A DNA stretch of 64,000 bases from positions 3,759-67,758 of IMG/VR virus record IMGVR_UViG_3300020438_003204. One strand, given 5' to 3'. This DNA is from a virus. Positions 10,296-18,592 of the stretch are shown piece by piece; positions within the stretch are counted from its first letter, which is position 1, and each line of letters begins with the position of its first letter. Under the pieces are notes generated by a model that made no database searches, was not told where the DNA came from, and saw nothing but the letters and a program-made list of their open reading frames with translations. The translations under genes were made by a program, and so were the position numbers.

Positions 10296-10471
10296 TAGTA
10301 CATCCTAATACACATAGCTTGTTGACCTGACTTAAAATATCCTGAACCTTTGCCTACTTCTTCGCTAAGTTTTTCTCTAGCATAAAAACAAGTGGTTATA
10401 TCTTTATGCTGACTTACCTTTTCAACATAAGGAGTTGCATCATAAAAATATACAAATACCAATACCCACAT
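10295..10471 (-). CDS. Small hypothetical protein (58 aa) with hydrophobic N-terminus and two Cys, not in the ORF track
   Basis: MWVLVFVYFYDATPYVEKVSQHKDITTCFYAREKLSEEVGKGSGYFKSGQQAMCIRMY*. TAATG overlaps at both ends. Confidence 0.7.
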   Translation of the reverse strand: MWVLVFVYFYDATPYVEKVSQHKDITTCFYAREKLSEEVGKGSGYFKSGQQAMCIRMY

Positions 10472-10845
10472 TAAATCTCACCTCTCTGTCTCATTTCAGC
10501 ACGAATTTTTGTAGCACTTATATTGTGTACACGCTCTCCCAAATCATGTTCAGTGAACGTATAACCTACGCCTCTGCCGTAACTAATGTTTACAATATTT
10601 GGCACAAGTGATATTTCATAATCATGTGCATACCTAAAACCTTCAGCAAATAGTGCGTTATTAATCTTTGTTCTAATATCGTGGTAGTCAAAAGGATTGT
10701 CTTCCCATCCTTGTACGTTTCTTACTGCAATCCAAATTTGATCATATTCACTGCGAATACGTTTGAACAGCTCTGTATGACCTTCATGCCAGGGTTGCCA
10801 TCTACCTAACATTTGTGCAGTGGGCTTGTTATTATGAAAAGCCAT
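10471..10845 (-). CDS. HxGH-family nucleotidyltransferase (cytidylyltransferase/ATP-sulfurylase-like)
   Basis: GRWQPWHEGH and ISATKIR motifs. Confidence 0.8.
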   Translation of the reverse strand: MAFHNNKPTAQMLGRWQPWHEGHTELFKRIRSEYDQIWIAVRNVQGWEDNPFDYHDIRTKINNALFAEGFRYAHDYEISLVPNIVNISYGRGVGYTFTEHDLGERVHNISATKIRAEMRQRGEI

Positions 10846-11260
10846 TATGTTGCCTCCATCTTTCTACAACTGGTTTAAGTTGCTCAGCTGTGTCTGTAAA
10901 CCATTGTGCTACATGATAGTCTACTTGTGTAGGCTTCTCAAAAATAGCATTTGTATCCGCATAGCGTCCTTGTTCAATAGTATCCATCCACACTGTGTAG
11001 TCAGGTGCAAATTCTTGTCTTGCACGTTCTGTTGGACAAACAAAGTCAGCTACTGCTATACCGCCATTGGCAACAACACCATCTGCTAGGTCTCGCATAC
11101 GTTTTGCTTGACGCATTCTACCTTCCAGTGTAAAGTCCCAATCGTTAGCTTGTTCTCTTACTTGATCAGCATTTAACCACACTGCATCTATTAACTCAGC
11201 AAAAGGTTTCGCTAGTGTACTTTTGCCACTGCCTGGTAGTCCAAATATTAGGATTTTCAT
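10832..11260 (-). CDS. Adenylylsulfate (APS) kinase-like P-loop kinase
   Basis: GLPGSGKST, NADQVR, DF..EGR..Q..R, FVCP, FEKP. Start at MKILIF (11260) has a GGAG RBS upstream. Confidence 0.8.
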   Translation of the reverse strand: MKILIFGLPGSGKSTLAKPFAELIDAVWLNADQVREQANDWDFTLEGRMRQAKRMRDLADGVVANGGIAVADFVCPTERARQEFAPDYTVWMDTIEQGRYADTNAIFEKPTQVDYHVAQWFTDTAEQLKPVVERWRQHNGFS

Positions 11261-11285
11261 TTTAACTCCATTAAGTACATAGTTA

Positions 11286-11300
11286 ATAAATATATTTATG
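11286..11300. promoter_or_regulatory. Bidirectional late-promoter palindrome ATAAATATATTTAT(G)
   Basis: 14-bp perfect palindrome between divergent genes. It gives ATAAATA on both strands and runs into the ATG at 11298. Confidence 0.7.
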
Positions 11301-11651
11301 CTTATATATGTTGACATTGACGGCACCATCTGTGAAGATCTTCCTCACAAAGGAAAGACTGAACAACAGTATCGTAGCCAAAAACCTTTCAAAGATAGAA
11401 TAGAAAAAATTAATAAACTTTACGAGCAAGGTCATACCATAGTGTACTGGACTGCCAGAGGTGCTACTAGAGGCATCGACTGGACTGACATGACCACTGA
11501 ACAACTTGCTGAATGGGGTTGCAAGTATCATGAACTTGTTATGAATGCAAAGCCAAACTTTGACATGTACATTTGTGATAAAAGTTTTAACAGTGAACAT
11601 TGGTTTACTCAAAGTTTGTATGAACAAATTGATCCTGTGGAAGCAAACTAA
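11298..11651 (+). CDS. HAD-superfamily phosphatase (capsule-biosynthesis-phosphatase-like)
   Basis: DIDGT motif I, WTARG motif II, KP..D.YICDK motifs III/IV. Confidence 0.85.
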   Translation: MLIYVDIDGTICEDLPHKGKTEQQYRSQKPFKDRIEKINKLYEQGHTIVYWTARGATRGIDWTDMTTEQLAEWGCKYHELVMNAKPNFDMYICDKSFNSEHWFTQSLYEQIDPVEAN

Positions 11652-12111
11652 TAATCTTTTCAAATATATAAATGAATCCTATCTCGTAATAGCTTTTCAT
11701 TAGTCCTGGTGTTTGCGGCTGTGGATAACTTACTATGTTATCACACTGTGTACATATTGTACCTTTTGGATTAAATGTAATTGCTAGTGTACGACACCCT
11801 GCATTTGTTGCAACCATTGTGTACGCCAAACTGCTAAGTGTTGATCCACTTGCTGTTACAAATACTGCTAGATCATTTTCATCTATAGGAGTTATTAGTA
11901 TATCTTCGCTATGACTTACAGTATATCCCAACTGACTAAGACGTTGCATAAACATTTTAGTTGCAAGTCCAACTCTACCTTTAGCGATAAACACTATGCG
12001 TTTTGCACGTTTAATTTCGCTAATGATTGTAACTTCATTGTCAGTATCGTCTAAGTCATTTACATAACTAGTCCATGTTTGTTCAAAGTCACTCTTTGTA
12101 CGTTGTGTCAT
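11605..12111 (-). CDS. SIS-domain sugar-phosphate isomerase (6-phospho-3-hexuloisomerase-like)
   Basis: I..AKRI.F...GR.GL...F..RL..LG, TASGST, M...YE pattern of the HxlB/SIS family. Confidence 0.75.
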   Translation of the reverse strand: MTQRTKSDFEQTWTSYVNDLDDTDNEVTIISEIKRAKRIVFIAKGRVGLATKMFMQRLSQLGYTVSHSEDILITPIDENDLAVFVTASGSTLSSLAYTMVATNAGCRTLAITFNPKGTICTQCDNIVSYPQPQTPGLMKSYYEIGFIYIFEKIISLLPQDQFVHTNFE

Positions 12112-13495
12112 ATTTCTTCAATTGTTGTATAGCCAACAAGAACAAAAATTTGTTTAATTCTTTATCAACATTTAGAGGACTCATACTAAGCCAAATACAT
12201 CCAACTCCTAGTTCTATCTTGCGTTTGTTTAAGCAATATACAGGACTAAGGTGAAACTGATTAAGTCGAAGTTCATCCTCATCGCTCGGCGATAGTTTAA
12301 TTATATAACCATCGTCTGTTTGTGTCAAGTGATATTTTTCCAAGTTACGATTGTGCAAATGCAAACTATGATAAAATTTACAAATATCATAAAATATATC
12401 GGTGACAACACCCGGGCGATGATCTATATAGTGTATTGCGTCTTCACTGACTATAATATTATCTACTACTAAATCGCCATGACATGCACCAGTTATTCCT
12501 GTGCTTACTAGATCCCAATCAATGTTCTCTACCGTTCTTGTACAGTCTATTGTTTCGCCGTTTAGTTTTATTGTTCCACTAAACTGTGGAAACTGTTGTA
12601 CTATTTGATCAAAACGTTGCCATGTTTTGTCTTGCCACAGCGTTCTATCTACACAAGGTATATTGTTATACATACTAAAACGCCAAGTGTCTTGTAGGTT
12701 GTTAAACAGTTTGTCGAAGTCACCGTTGACTGGATTAACTTTGCCCTCTACACGACTATAGCTTAATCCGTGTGTACTGTGTTGGATAGGATGAGGGTGC
12801 GGATAGTTTGCATTAGGTTGTATAGCAGGCTTGTCGGTAAACAGTTTAATTATTCTTCCATTTACACTGTATATCTCCTGATGTGTTTTATCTAGAACAC
12901 TAAAACTAGCGTCTTGTCTAACACTGTGATAACTTTCAATATTACCCACATCGTTCCAGTTGTCCAAAGGTTCACTTTGTAAGTTGTCAAGTTTTTGTAG
13001 TAACAATAAATCATTTCTGCTTATGTCTGTTGCTTGTAATATATCATAATACTCCAATGAATCTTTTATAAAACTAATACCACTGTAAACACCCCATTCA
13101 CTAGTGTCATAGTATTCATCATTTTCAGGTTTACAAGTATAATAGGTATTGTGTTTAGCTGTAGGAACATGATTGCTCCAGTTGTCACAAGCATTGTAGT
13201 ACACAGGTTCATCAAATACATGACGGGGTATTTGTTTAAAGCTGGCTATCTGACTGCTATTCCAATTATCTATTTCGACAAATTCTACATTTTTGCGACC
13301 CGTGTGTTGTATATACTCACGTATATACTCGGCTTCATAACCTAGTGTAATGTATATCTTTTCTATATCTTCAAAGCTATCAATGATATGATCTATCACT
13401 GCATTGTCGCCTATGCGTATTAATGCTTTGTGAAACTTGGTATAACCAATACTGCGAGTACCTGGACCACTGCAAGGTATTAAGAGATTAGGCAA
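12089..13495 (-). CDS. Nucleotidyltransferase fused to an APH/choline-kinase-like phosphotransferase
   Basis: N-terminal LIPCSGPGTR..K.L NTP-transferase motif, ACD, W.DVG; C-terminal HGDL..DNI and YID kinase motifs. Confidence 0.8.
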   Translation of the reverse strand: MPNLLIPCSGPGTRSIGYTKFHKALIRIGDNAVIDHIIDSFEDIEKIYITLGYEAEYIREYIQHTGRKNVEFVEIDNWNSSQIASFKQIPRHVFDEPVYYNACDNWSNHVPTAKHNTYYTCKPENDEYYDTSEWGVYSGISFIKDSLEYYDILQATDISRNDLLLLQKLDNLQSEPLDNWNDVGNIESYHSVRQDASFSVLDKTHQEIYSVNGRIIKLFTDKPAIQPNANYPHPHPIQHSTHGLSYSRVEGKVNPVNGDFDKLFNNLQDTWRFSMYNNIPCVDRTLWQDKTWQRFDQIVQQFPQFSGTIKLNGETIDCTRTVENIDWDLVSTGITGACHGDLVVDNIIVSEDAIHYIDHRPGVVTDIFYDICKFYHSLHLHNRNLEKYHLTQTDDGYIIKLSPSDEDELRLNQFHLSPVYCLNKRKIELGVGCIWLSMSPLNVDKELNKFLFLLAIQQLKKYDTTYKE

Positions 13496-14088
13496 TTTAA
13501 ATTTTCCTCATAGTTTTCATTGAACAATACTTTACTGCCTACCACCAGTGTTACTTTTCTATCGTCCTTAAATTTTCTAACAGTATCTATTGTAACACCA
13601 CCATCTACTGTAACATGACGTTGTGTGTCTGCAAGTGTATCCAAGTTGTAGTATGCGTCTTGTACTTTAATACCTGGAGCATATGCCATTAATAAAAATT
13701 CATCCACATCTAATCTATCGCAGATAGTATCTATTTGTTGTATAGTATGATAAGGTTTGAATGCTAGTTTTAGTCTACTATCTCTTGTTAAAAAGTCAAC
13801 ACATTGTTGTTCACTGTGAAAACTTTCGTAGTGTGCAAATATAACGTTTGCTCGTGTTTGTAGTATTGCTTCCCATGCTGGGTTGTTGCAAGTTATCATT
13901 GCATGTATATCAATATAACTAGGATAACTCAGTTCGTCTACTGCTTCTGGATGCACACCCAAACGTGGAACAAAGTGTCCATCCATAAAGTCCATGTGTA
14001 CACTCATATCGTAATGAGGCTTTAGCTTTTCGTAGCTTTGATAGATGTTGTATGGTCTATCACATATATAACTTAAACTTAACTGCAT
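13480..14088 (-). CDS. rpe: Ribulose-phosphate 3-epimerase-like protein
   Basis: HMDFMDGHFVP, DIHAM, HYES, LLM..PG, VDGGV, VVGS..F. Confidence 0.8.
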   Translation of the reverse strand: MQLSLSYICDRPYNIYQSYEKLKPHYDMSVHMDFMDGHFVPRLGVHPEAVDELSYPSYIDIHAMITCNNPAWEAILQTRANVIFAHYESFHSEQQCVDFLTRDSRLKLAFKPYHTIQQIDTICDRLDVDEFLLMAYAPGIKVQDAYYNLDTLADTQRHVTVDGGVTIDTVRKFKDDRKVTLVVGSKVLFNENYEENLNCLIS

Positions 14089-15122
14089 TGCTGTCTAATC
14101 TCCTGTACCATTTCTTCTGTCCAATCATACCAATGGTATCTGTATTGGTCAGTTATTGCTTCTGGAAAATCTATTCCATCTCCTCTGCTGAAATATTCTG
14201 TCCCTAATTCTTGCCGACCCCCTGCATGATACATAGTGTAGTTGTACTGCAAACTAAACCCAGGAATACTTTGTTCTGGTATATGCCAATCAACTCCATT
14301 TGCACCTAAATCTTTTTCTTCTACTGGAGCTTTATCCCAATGTTCCTGTTTTTGTTTTAGATAATTCACATACTGGTGAGCAAATAGTATAGCACCAGGT
14401 CCATCCCAGGCAGTCCAAACATCATCTGCACACAGCTTACCTCTAATAACATTTAGTTGAGGTAATAATACTCTAGGACTGAGTTGAAATCCTAGGTCTG
14501 CATATTCTTTGTCAAACAATTTTTCAGCAAATAACCATAAATCAAATCGAGGTTGTAGTCCTATATCATATCGTTGTCTATATACCATATCATCAGCTGT
14601 TAAACTATCAAAAAATTCTTTATTTTGATGATAGGCACTAACAAATAGCAAATGTTGATTTTGCCATGTTGCAGTATCTTGAATAGGTGCAGAAAAATGT
14701 TCAGCCATTTCTTTGCTTATTTGATAACTATCCCAATAAACAAAAGTTAGGCTATCAGCCCATGCCCAACATTCACGATGATACTTTTCCCATTTGGATT
14801 TATTAAGAGGTATCTTTCCTTTTACAACATTGCCATCGCTATCTCTTTCAATCAATAACGTGTTGAGTAAATTATTTGCTTTTCGTCTTTTCTCCAGGTC
14901 ATTATAGTCTATGTAAGGTTCTTTATCCAATCCTGCTAGATTCGGATCTTCTCCTACTAGGTATCTGTCAGCACTATCATAATTACTAGCACAAATGAAT
15001 ACGTGAATTTCGGCACCTTGTGTAGTACCAAAGTTTTCCGGCACCCATTTGCGCCATAGATCCAGGCTCACAGCTCTAGGAGCACCAGTTAGTACTACTG
15101 CAAATTTTCTTTTGTTATTCAT
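14079..15122 (-). CDS. Hypothetical protein of the RxRYD paralog family (possible glycosyltransferase)
   Basis: AVVLTG.PR start and RQRYD; collinear motifs shared with the N-half of 16391..18592 and with 18592..19929. Confidence 0.55.
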   Translation of the reverse strand: MNNKRKFAVVLTGAPRAVSLDLWRKWVPENFGTTQGAEIHVFICASNYDSADRYLVGEDPNLAGLDKEPYIDYNDLEKRRKANNLLNTLLIERDSDGNVVKGKIPLNKSKWEKYHRECWAWADSLTFVYWDSYQISKEMAEHFSAPIQDTATWQNQHLLFVSAYHQNKEFFDSLTADDMVYRQRYDIGLQPRFDLWLFAEKLFDKEYADLGFQLSPRVLLPQLNVIRGKLCADDVWTAWDGPGAILFAHQYVNYLKQKQEHWDKAPVEEKDLGANGVDWHIPEQSIPGFSLQYNYTMYHAGGRQELGTEYFSRGDGIDFPEAITDQYRYHWYDWTEEMVQEIRQQCS

Positions 15123-15142
15123 AATTAAATACTCATTTAATG

Positions 15143-15157
15143 ATAAATATATTTATG
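15143..15157. promoter_or_regulatory. Second copy of the bidirectional palindrome ATAAATATATTTAT(G)
   Basis: Identical to 11286-11300 (16 bp identity counting the next C); again between divergent genes and ending in the + strand ATG. Confidence 0.7.
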
Positions 15158-15529
15158 CGAAGAATTATCAAGTTAGATCCTCAGATAAATCCTGTTACTT
15201 TCAAAGACGGCAGAGGTATTATACAAACCTATTTGCCAGAAGAGGATAGTATTAAAGAATGGAACTATATAGTTACTCTAAAAGGCAGTGTAAGAGGACA
15301 TCATTATCACAAAGAATTTGATGAATATATTATGTTTGTAGAAGGCGAAGGTGTTTACACAGAAATTACAGATGGTGAAGAGCTAGTAACTCCAGTTAGT
15401 GCAGGAGATTGTTTGTATTTGCCTATGAATGTTCCACACACTTTCTATCCCACAGCCGACTGTAAAATGATAGCACTGCTAACTAAACGCTGGGACAAAT
15501 GCAAGGAACCATTAACAAGATGCGAATAG
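15155..15529 (+). CDS. Cupin-fold NDP-sugar isomerase/epimerase (FdtA/WxcM/RmlC-like)
   Basis: F.DGRG.I, RGHHYH..E, P.NVPH cupin motifs. Start placed at MRRII (15155) from the promoter geometry. Confidence 0.75.
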   Translation: MRRIIKLDPQINPVTFKDGRGIIQTYLPEEDSIKEWNYIVTLKGSVRGHHYHKEFDEYIMFVEGEGVYTEITDGEELVTPVSAGDCLYLPMNVPHTFYPTADCKMIALLTKRWDKCKEPLTRCE

Positions 15530-16416
15530 CAATAACAGGCGGAGCAGGCTATATAGGCTGTAGACTCAGTGAATATTTTTTACGTCAAGGTCATACTGTT
15601 GATTGTATAGATTGGCTCAAATGGGGTATCGAACCCATACTAAACATAGTGGACAACGATAACTTTCATTTACATTGTGTAGACATTTGCACACCTGAAG
15701 TTGAACCTATACTCAAACAAGCTGACGCTGTGGTACACCTAGCTGGCATAATTGGCTTTCCAGCTTGCAATGCAGAGCCAGACCTAGCATATAGAATTAA
15801 TGTAGAAGGCACTAAAAGAGTTGTTATAGCTAGTGATGATAAACCTTTTGTGTATGCAAGTACCGGCAGTGTGTATGGAGCACTAGATAGTGTATGTACC
15901 GAGCAGGTAAACACCAATCCTATTAGCACATATAGTGTCTACAAACTGGCAGGTGAGCGTATGCTGGATAGCAATGCTGTAATACTCAGACCTGCGACAG
16001 CATTTGGTGTTAGCAATAGACTACGCAACGACTTGTTGATAAACGACTTTGTACGCAAAGCCTGTATGGGTGAACACATGGTGTTGTTTGAAGGACATTT
16101 CAAAAGAACATTTATTAGTATAAACGATTTAGTACGCTCATTTGCTTGGGCTATAGAAAAACACGATCAAATGCGTGATGAGATTTGGAATGTGGGTGAC
16201 GAAACACTTAACCACACCAAACTAGAAATATGCGAAACAATACGAAAGCATATACCCGCTTGGACTTATGAAAACAATACTACATTAGAACATGACCAAG
16301 ATGGTAGAAATTATTTCGTAGATTATACAAAAATTAAGAACTTGGGGTTTACTGCTACAGAAACACTAGACCAAGGTATACAAAATTTAATTAAAGTTTA
16401 TAAAAGTCAAGTATAA
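15520..16416 (+). CDS. NAD-dependent epimerase/dehydratase (extended SDR)
   Basis: ITGGAGYIG, HLAGI, YASTGSVYG, YSVYK (YxxxK), R.ATAFG. Confidence 0.9.
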   Translation: MRIAITGGAGYIGCRLSEYFLRQGHTVDCIDWLKWGIEPILNIVDNDNFHLHCVDICTPEVEPILKQADAVVHLAGIIGFPACNAEPDLAYRINVEGTKRVVIASDDKPFVYASTGSVYGALDSVCTEQVNTNPISTYSVYKLAGERMLDSNAVILRPATAFGVSNRLRNDLLINDFVRKACMGEHMVLFEGHFKRTFISINDLVRSFAWAIEKHDQMRDEIWNVGDETLNHTKLEICETIRKHIPAWTYENNTTLEHDQDGRNYFVDYTKIKNLGFTATETLDQGIQNLIKVYKSQV

Positions 16417-18592
16417 CATTACATATTTCATCAATGTCATAGTTTGACAAATCTGCTTGTGCAGGCAGTTGTAATCCAGTCTTAGCTACTTTGTCTGTTA
16501 CAGGAGTCGGCGTTGCCCACTGACTGTGATATGGTTGATTGCTTAAACTATCGTAAACTGCTCTACAACCTATCTGTTGTTTACGCAAGTGTTCTGCTAG
16601 TTCGTCTCTGCGACTTACAATTATCTCAGGGTAAGTTGGAGTTACTGTAGTTAAATCAGTATTAATAAATTCTACATGTCCTGTTAGATTATTCACATAC
16701 CTTTGGTATATTTGCTTTTTACGTTTTACTACTTCGGGTAATCTACGCATTTGTGCTATCCCAAAACTTGCTTGTAAATCAGTAAATTTAAAATTCATTC
16801 CCATTACGTTGTAGGTTTCTCCTACGCCTACTGTACGTCCAAAGTTCTTTATAGCATGTATGCGTTCACTTATCTCCTCACTGTTGGTGATTATACAACC
16901 GCCTTGTCCTGTAGTAATAATTTTAGGAGCACCAAAACTAAAAACACCTACATCACCAAAAGTACCTACATGCCAATCTTTGTGCCGACTGCCTAACGCT
17001 TGTGCGGCATCTTCAATAACAAAGTGTCCAGCATCACGGTGACGTTTAATATCTTCACCATATGAATCAGGTGTTCTTCCATTTATACTGGTAACAAATA
17101 CAACTCTTTGTGTAACATGTTCCCAATCAATGGTGTAAGCTTCTGGTTCAACATCACAAAAATTAGGTATACCTCCCATTAGTATAGCACCATTTGCTGT
17201 AGCGGCTTGTGTGTATGCAGGACAATTAAAATGTTCATCTTTTTTTACATCAGCTAACATGCTTGCTAGTAACAATCCCATAGTGGCACTGGGTACCATG
17301 TGTGCATGTTTTGCACCAGTATAGTCACAAATCATTTGCTCCATTTCTCTGGTCTTGGTGTGTTCCATAATCCAACCGCCACTGTTGATATATTCTTTAA
17401 CACTGTTGCATTCATCAATGCTATAAACTGGATTCATATGACTGTTAGGTGTCATCCTTTTTTGCCCCCTATAATAATAATGTAGCTTTTGTACTTGGTC
17501 TTTGGTGTAGTTGTACCATTGTTGTCTGCTGGAATCATAAAGACCATTGTTGTGAGCCTCGTAAGTTCTTGCAATATTTTGTGATGCATGATGAGTAAAA
17601 TGTATGTTGTAATTATAATCAAACAAAAATTCTGTCAAGTGCCTATGAGCTGTAAATTCGCCAATGGTAAAGTTTATTTTGTCATTTGGTTTTTGCATGT
17701 TTGCATCGCGTTCATTTTTTACAAAATTACGATTATATCCATTTTTTTCTTGTTTTGTCCATTGCTCATAGTCTTTAACTAAAGTCTTTATTCCTTCACC
17801 ATCGAATCCTACCATCATATCAGACATCCAAAATTGTTTTCCTGCAATGATCGACATGTTAGCACTATTAGCCCATTTGTCTTCACTCTTATCTTCACCT
17901 TTTTCTAATAGAATATTAGGACAACGTGAAGCTATATCTAATTCACTTGGGTGTAGTTTAAATTTATATTCATTTAATTTACCAGCATAATGTTCTAGTA
18001 AACAACGAATGCCTCCAACACTGAAAACATTATCATATCTTATTTTTAAAATAAAGCTATCTTTGGTATACCTATCAAACATATCAGGGTTAAGTCGATA
18101 TGCTTCAGTCAATTGATAATACTGTATTTGCCATCCTGGATTATAAAGAGACTCGTCGTTGTATTCTTTTCGTAAACGCTTTACTATATCAAAATAATCT
18201 ACATAATAAGTTGTAAATGTGTCAGCAAAATCAAATTGATCTCGCAGATATTTTTCTAAACTGGATTTTACTTTAATTTTACCCGTAAAAGTTTCTGCAT
18301 CAACTTGAATACCGTACATTTGTTCAGAAAATTCATCCATACCATTGCGTTCATCCATATCTTGCAAAGGAAAAAAACCTGACATCATAGTTCGACCATT
18401 GCCACTCCATGTTGCATCTGTTTTCCATATTATGGATATTACATCTACTGGTTTTTCCAACGTTTCGATATTTTTCTTAAGAGCTTGTACATGTTGTTCA
18501 CACCAATATGTTGTTCCTACAAAACTAGGTTTTCCAACTAACAAGATACAATATCTATCAACATCTTTTACAAATTCACCAGGTTCTAACAT
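16391..18592 (-). CDS. Fusion of an RxRYD-family domain and a DegT/DnrJ/EryC1/StrS PLP aminotransferase (perosamine-synthetase-like)
   Basis: C-half: SAT.GL, IEDAAQALGS, FSF..PKIITTGQGG, GMNFKFTDLQA, GLQLP. N-half: KIRYD paralog motif. Confidence 0.85.
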   Translation of the reverse strand: MLEPGEFVKDVDRYCILLVGKPSFVGTTYWCEQHVQALKKNIETLEKPVDVISIIWKTDATWSGNGRTMMSGFFPLQDMDERNGMDEFSEQMYGIQVDAETFTGKIKVKSSLEKYLRDQFDFADTFTTYYVDYFDIVKRLRKEYNDESLYNPGWQIQYYQLTEAYRLNPDMFDRYTKDSFILKIRYDNVFSVGGIRCLLEHYAGKLNEYKFKLHPSELDIASRCPNILLEKGEDKSEDKWANSANMSIIAGKQFWMSDMMVGFDGEGIKTLVKDYEQWTKQEKNGYNRNFVKNERDANMQKPNDKINFTIGEFTAHRHLTEFLFDYNYNIHFTHHASQNIARTYEAHNNGLYDSSRQQWYNYTKDQVQKLHYYYRGQKRMTPNSHMNPVYSIDECNSVKEYINSGGWIMEHTKTREMEQMICDYTGAKHAHMVPSATMGLLLASMLADVKKDEHFNCPAYTQAATANGAILMGGIPNFCDVEPEAYTIDWEHVTQRVVFVTSINGRTPDSYGEDIKRHRDAGHFVIEDAAQALGSRHKDWHVGTFGDVGVFSFGAPKIITTGQGGCIITNSEEISERIHAIKNFGRTVGVGETYNVMGMNFKFTDLQASFGIAQMRRLPEVVKRKKQIYQRYVNNLTGHVEFINTDLTTVTPTYPEIIVSRRDELAEHLRKQQIGCRAVYDSLSNQPYHSQWATPTPVTDKVAKTGLQLPAQADLSNYDIDEICNVILDFYKL

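Noticed and set aside
7249-10471. Small ORFs (74, 38 and 58 aa) as RiPP precursor peptides for the rSAM arrays
   Set aside because: No leader/core organisation, repeated cores or Cys/Trp-rich motifs, and no RRE/PqqD, peptidase or exporter in the window. Not excluded, but unsupported.
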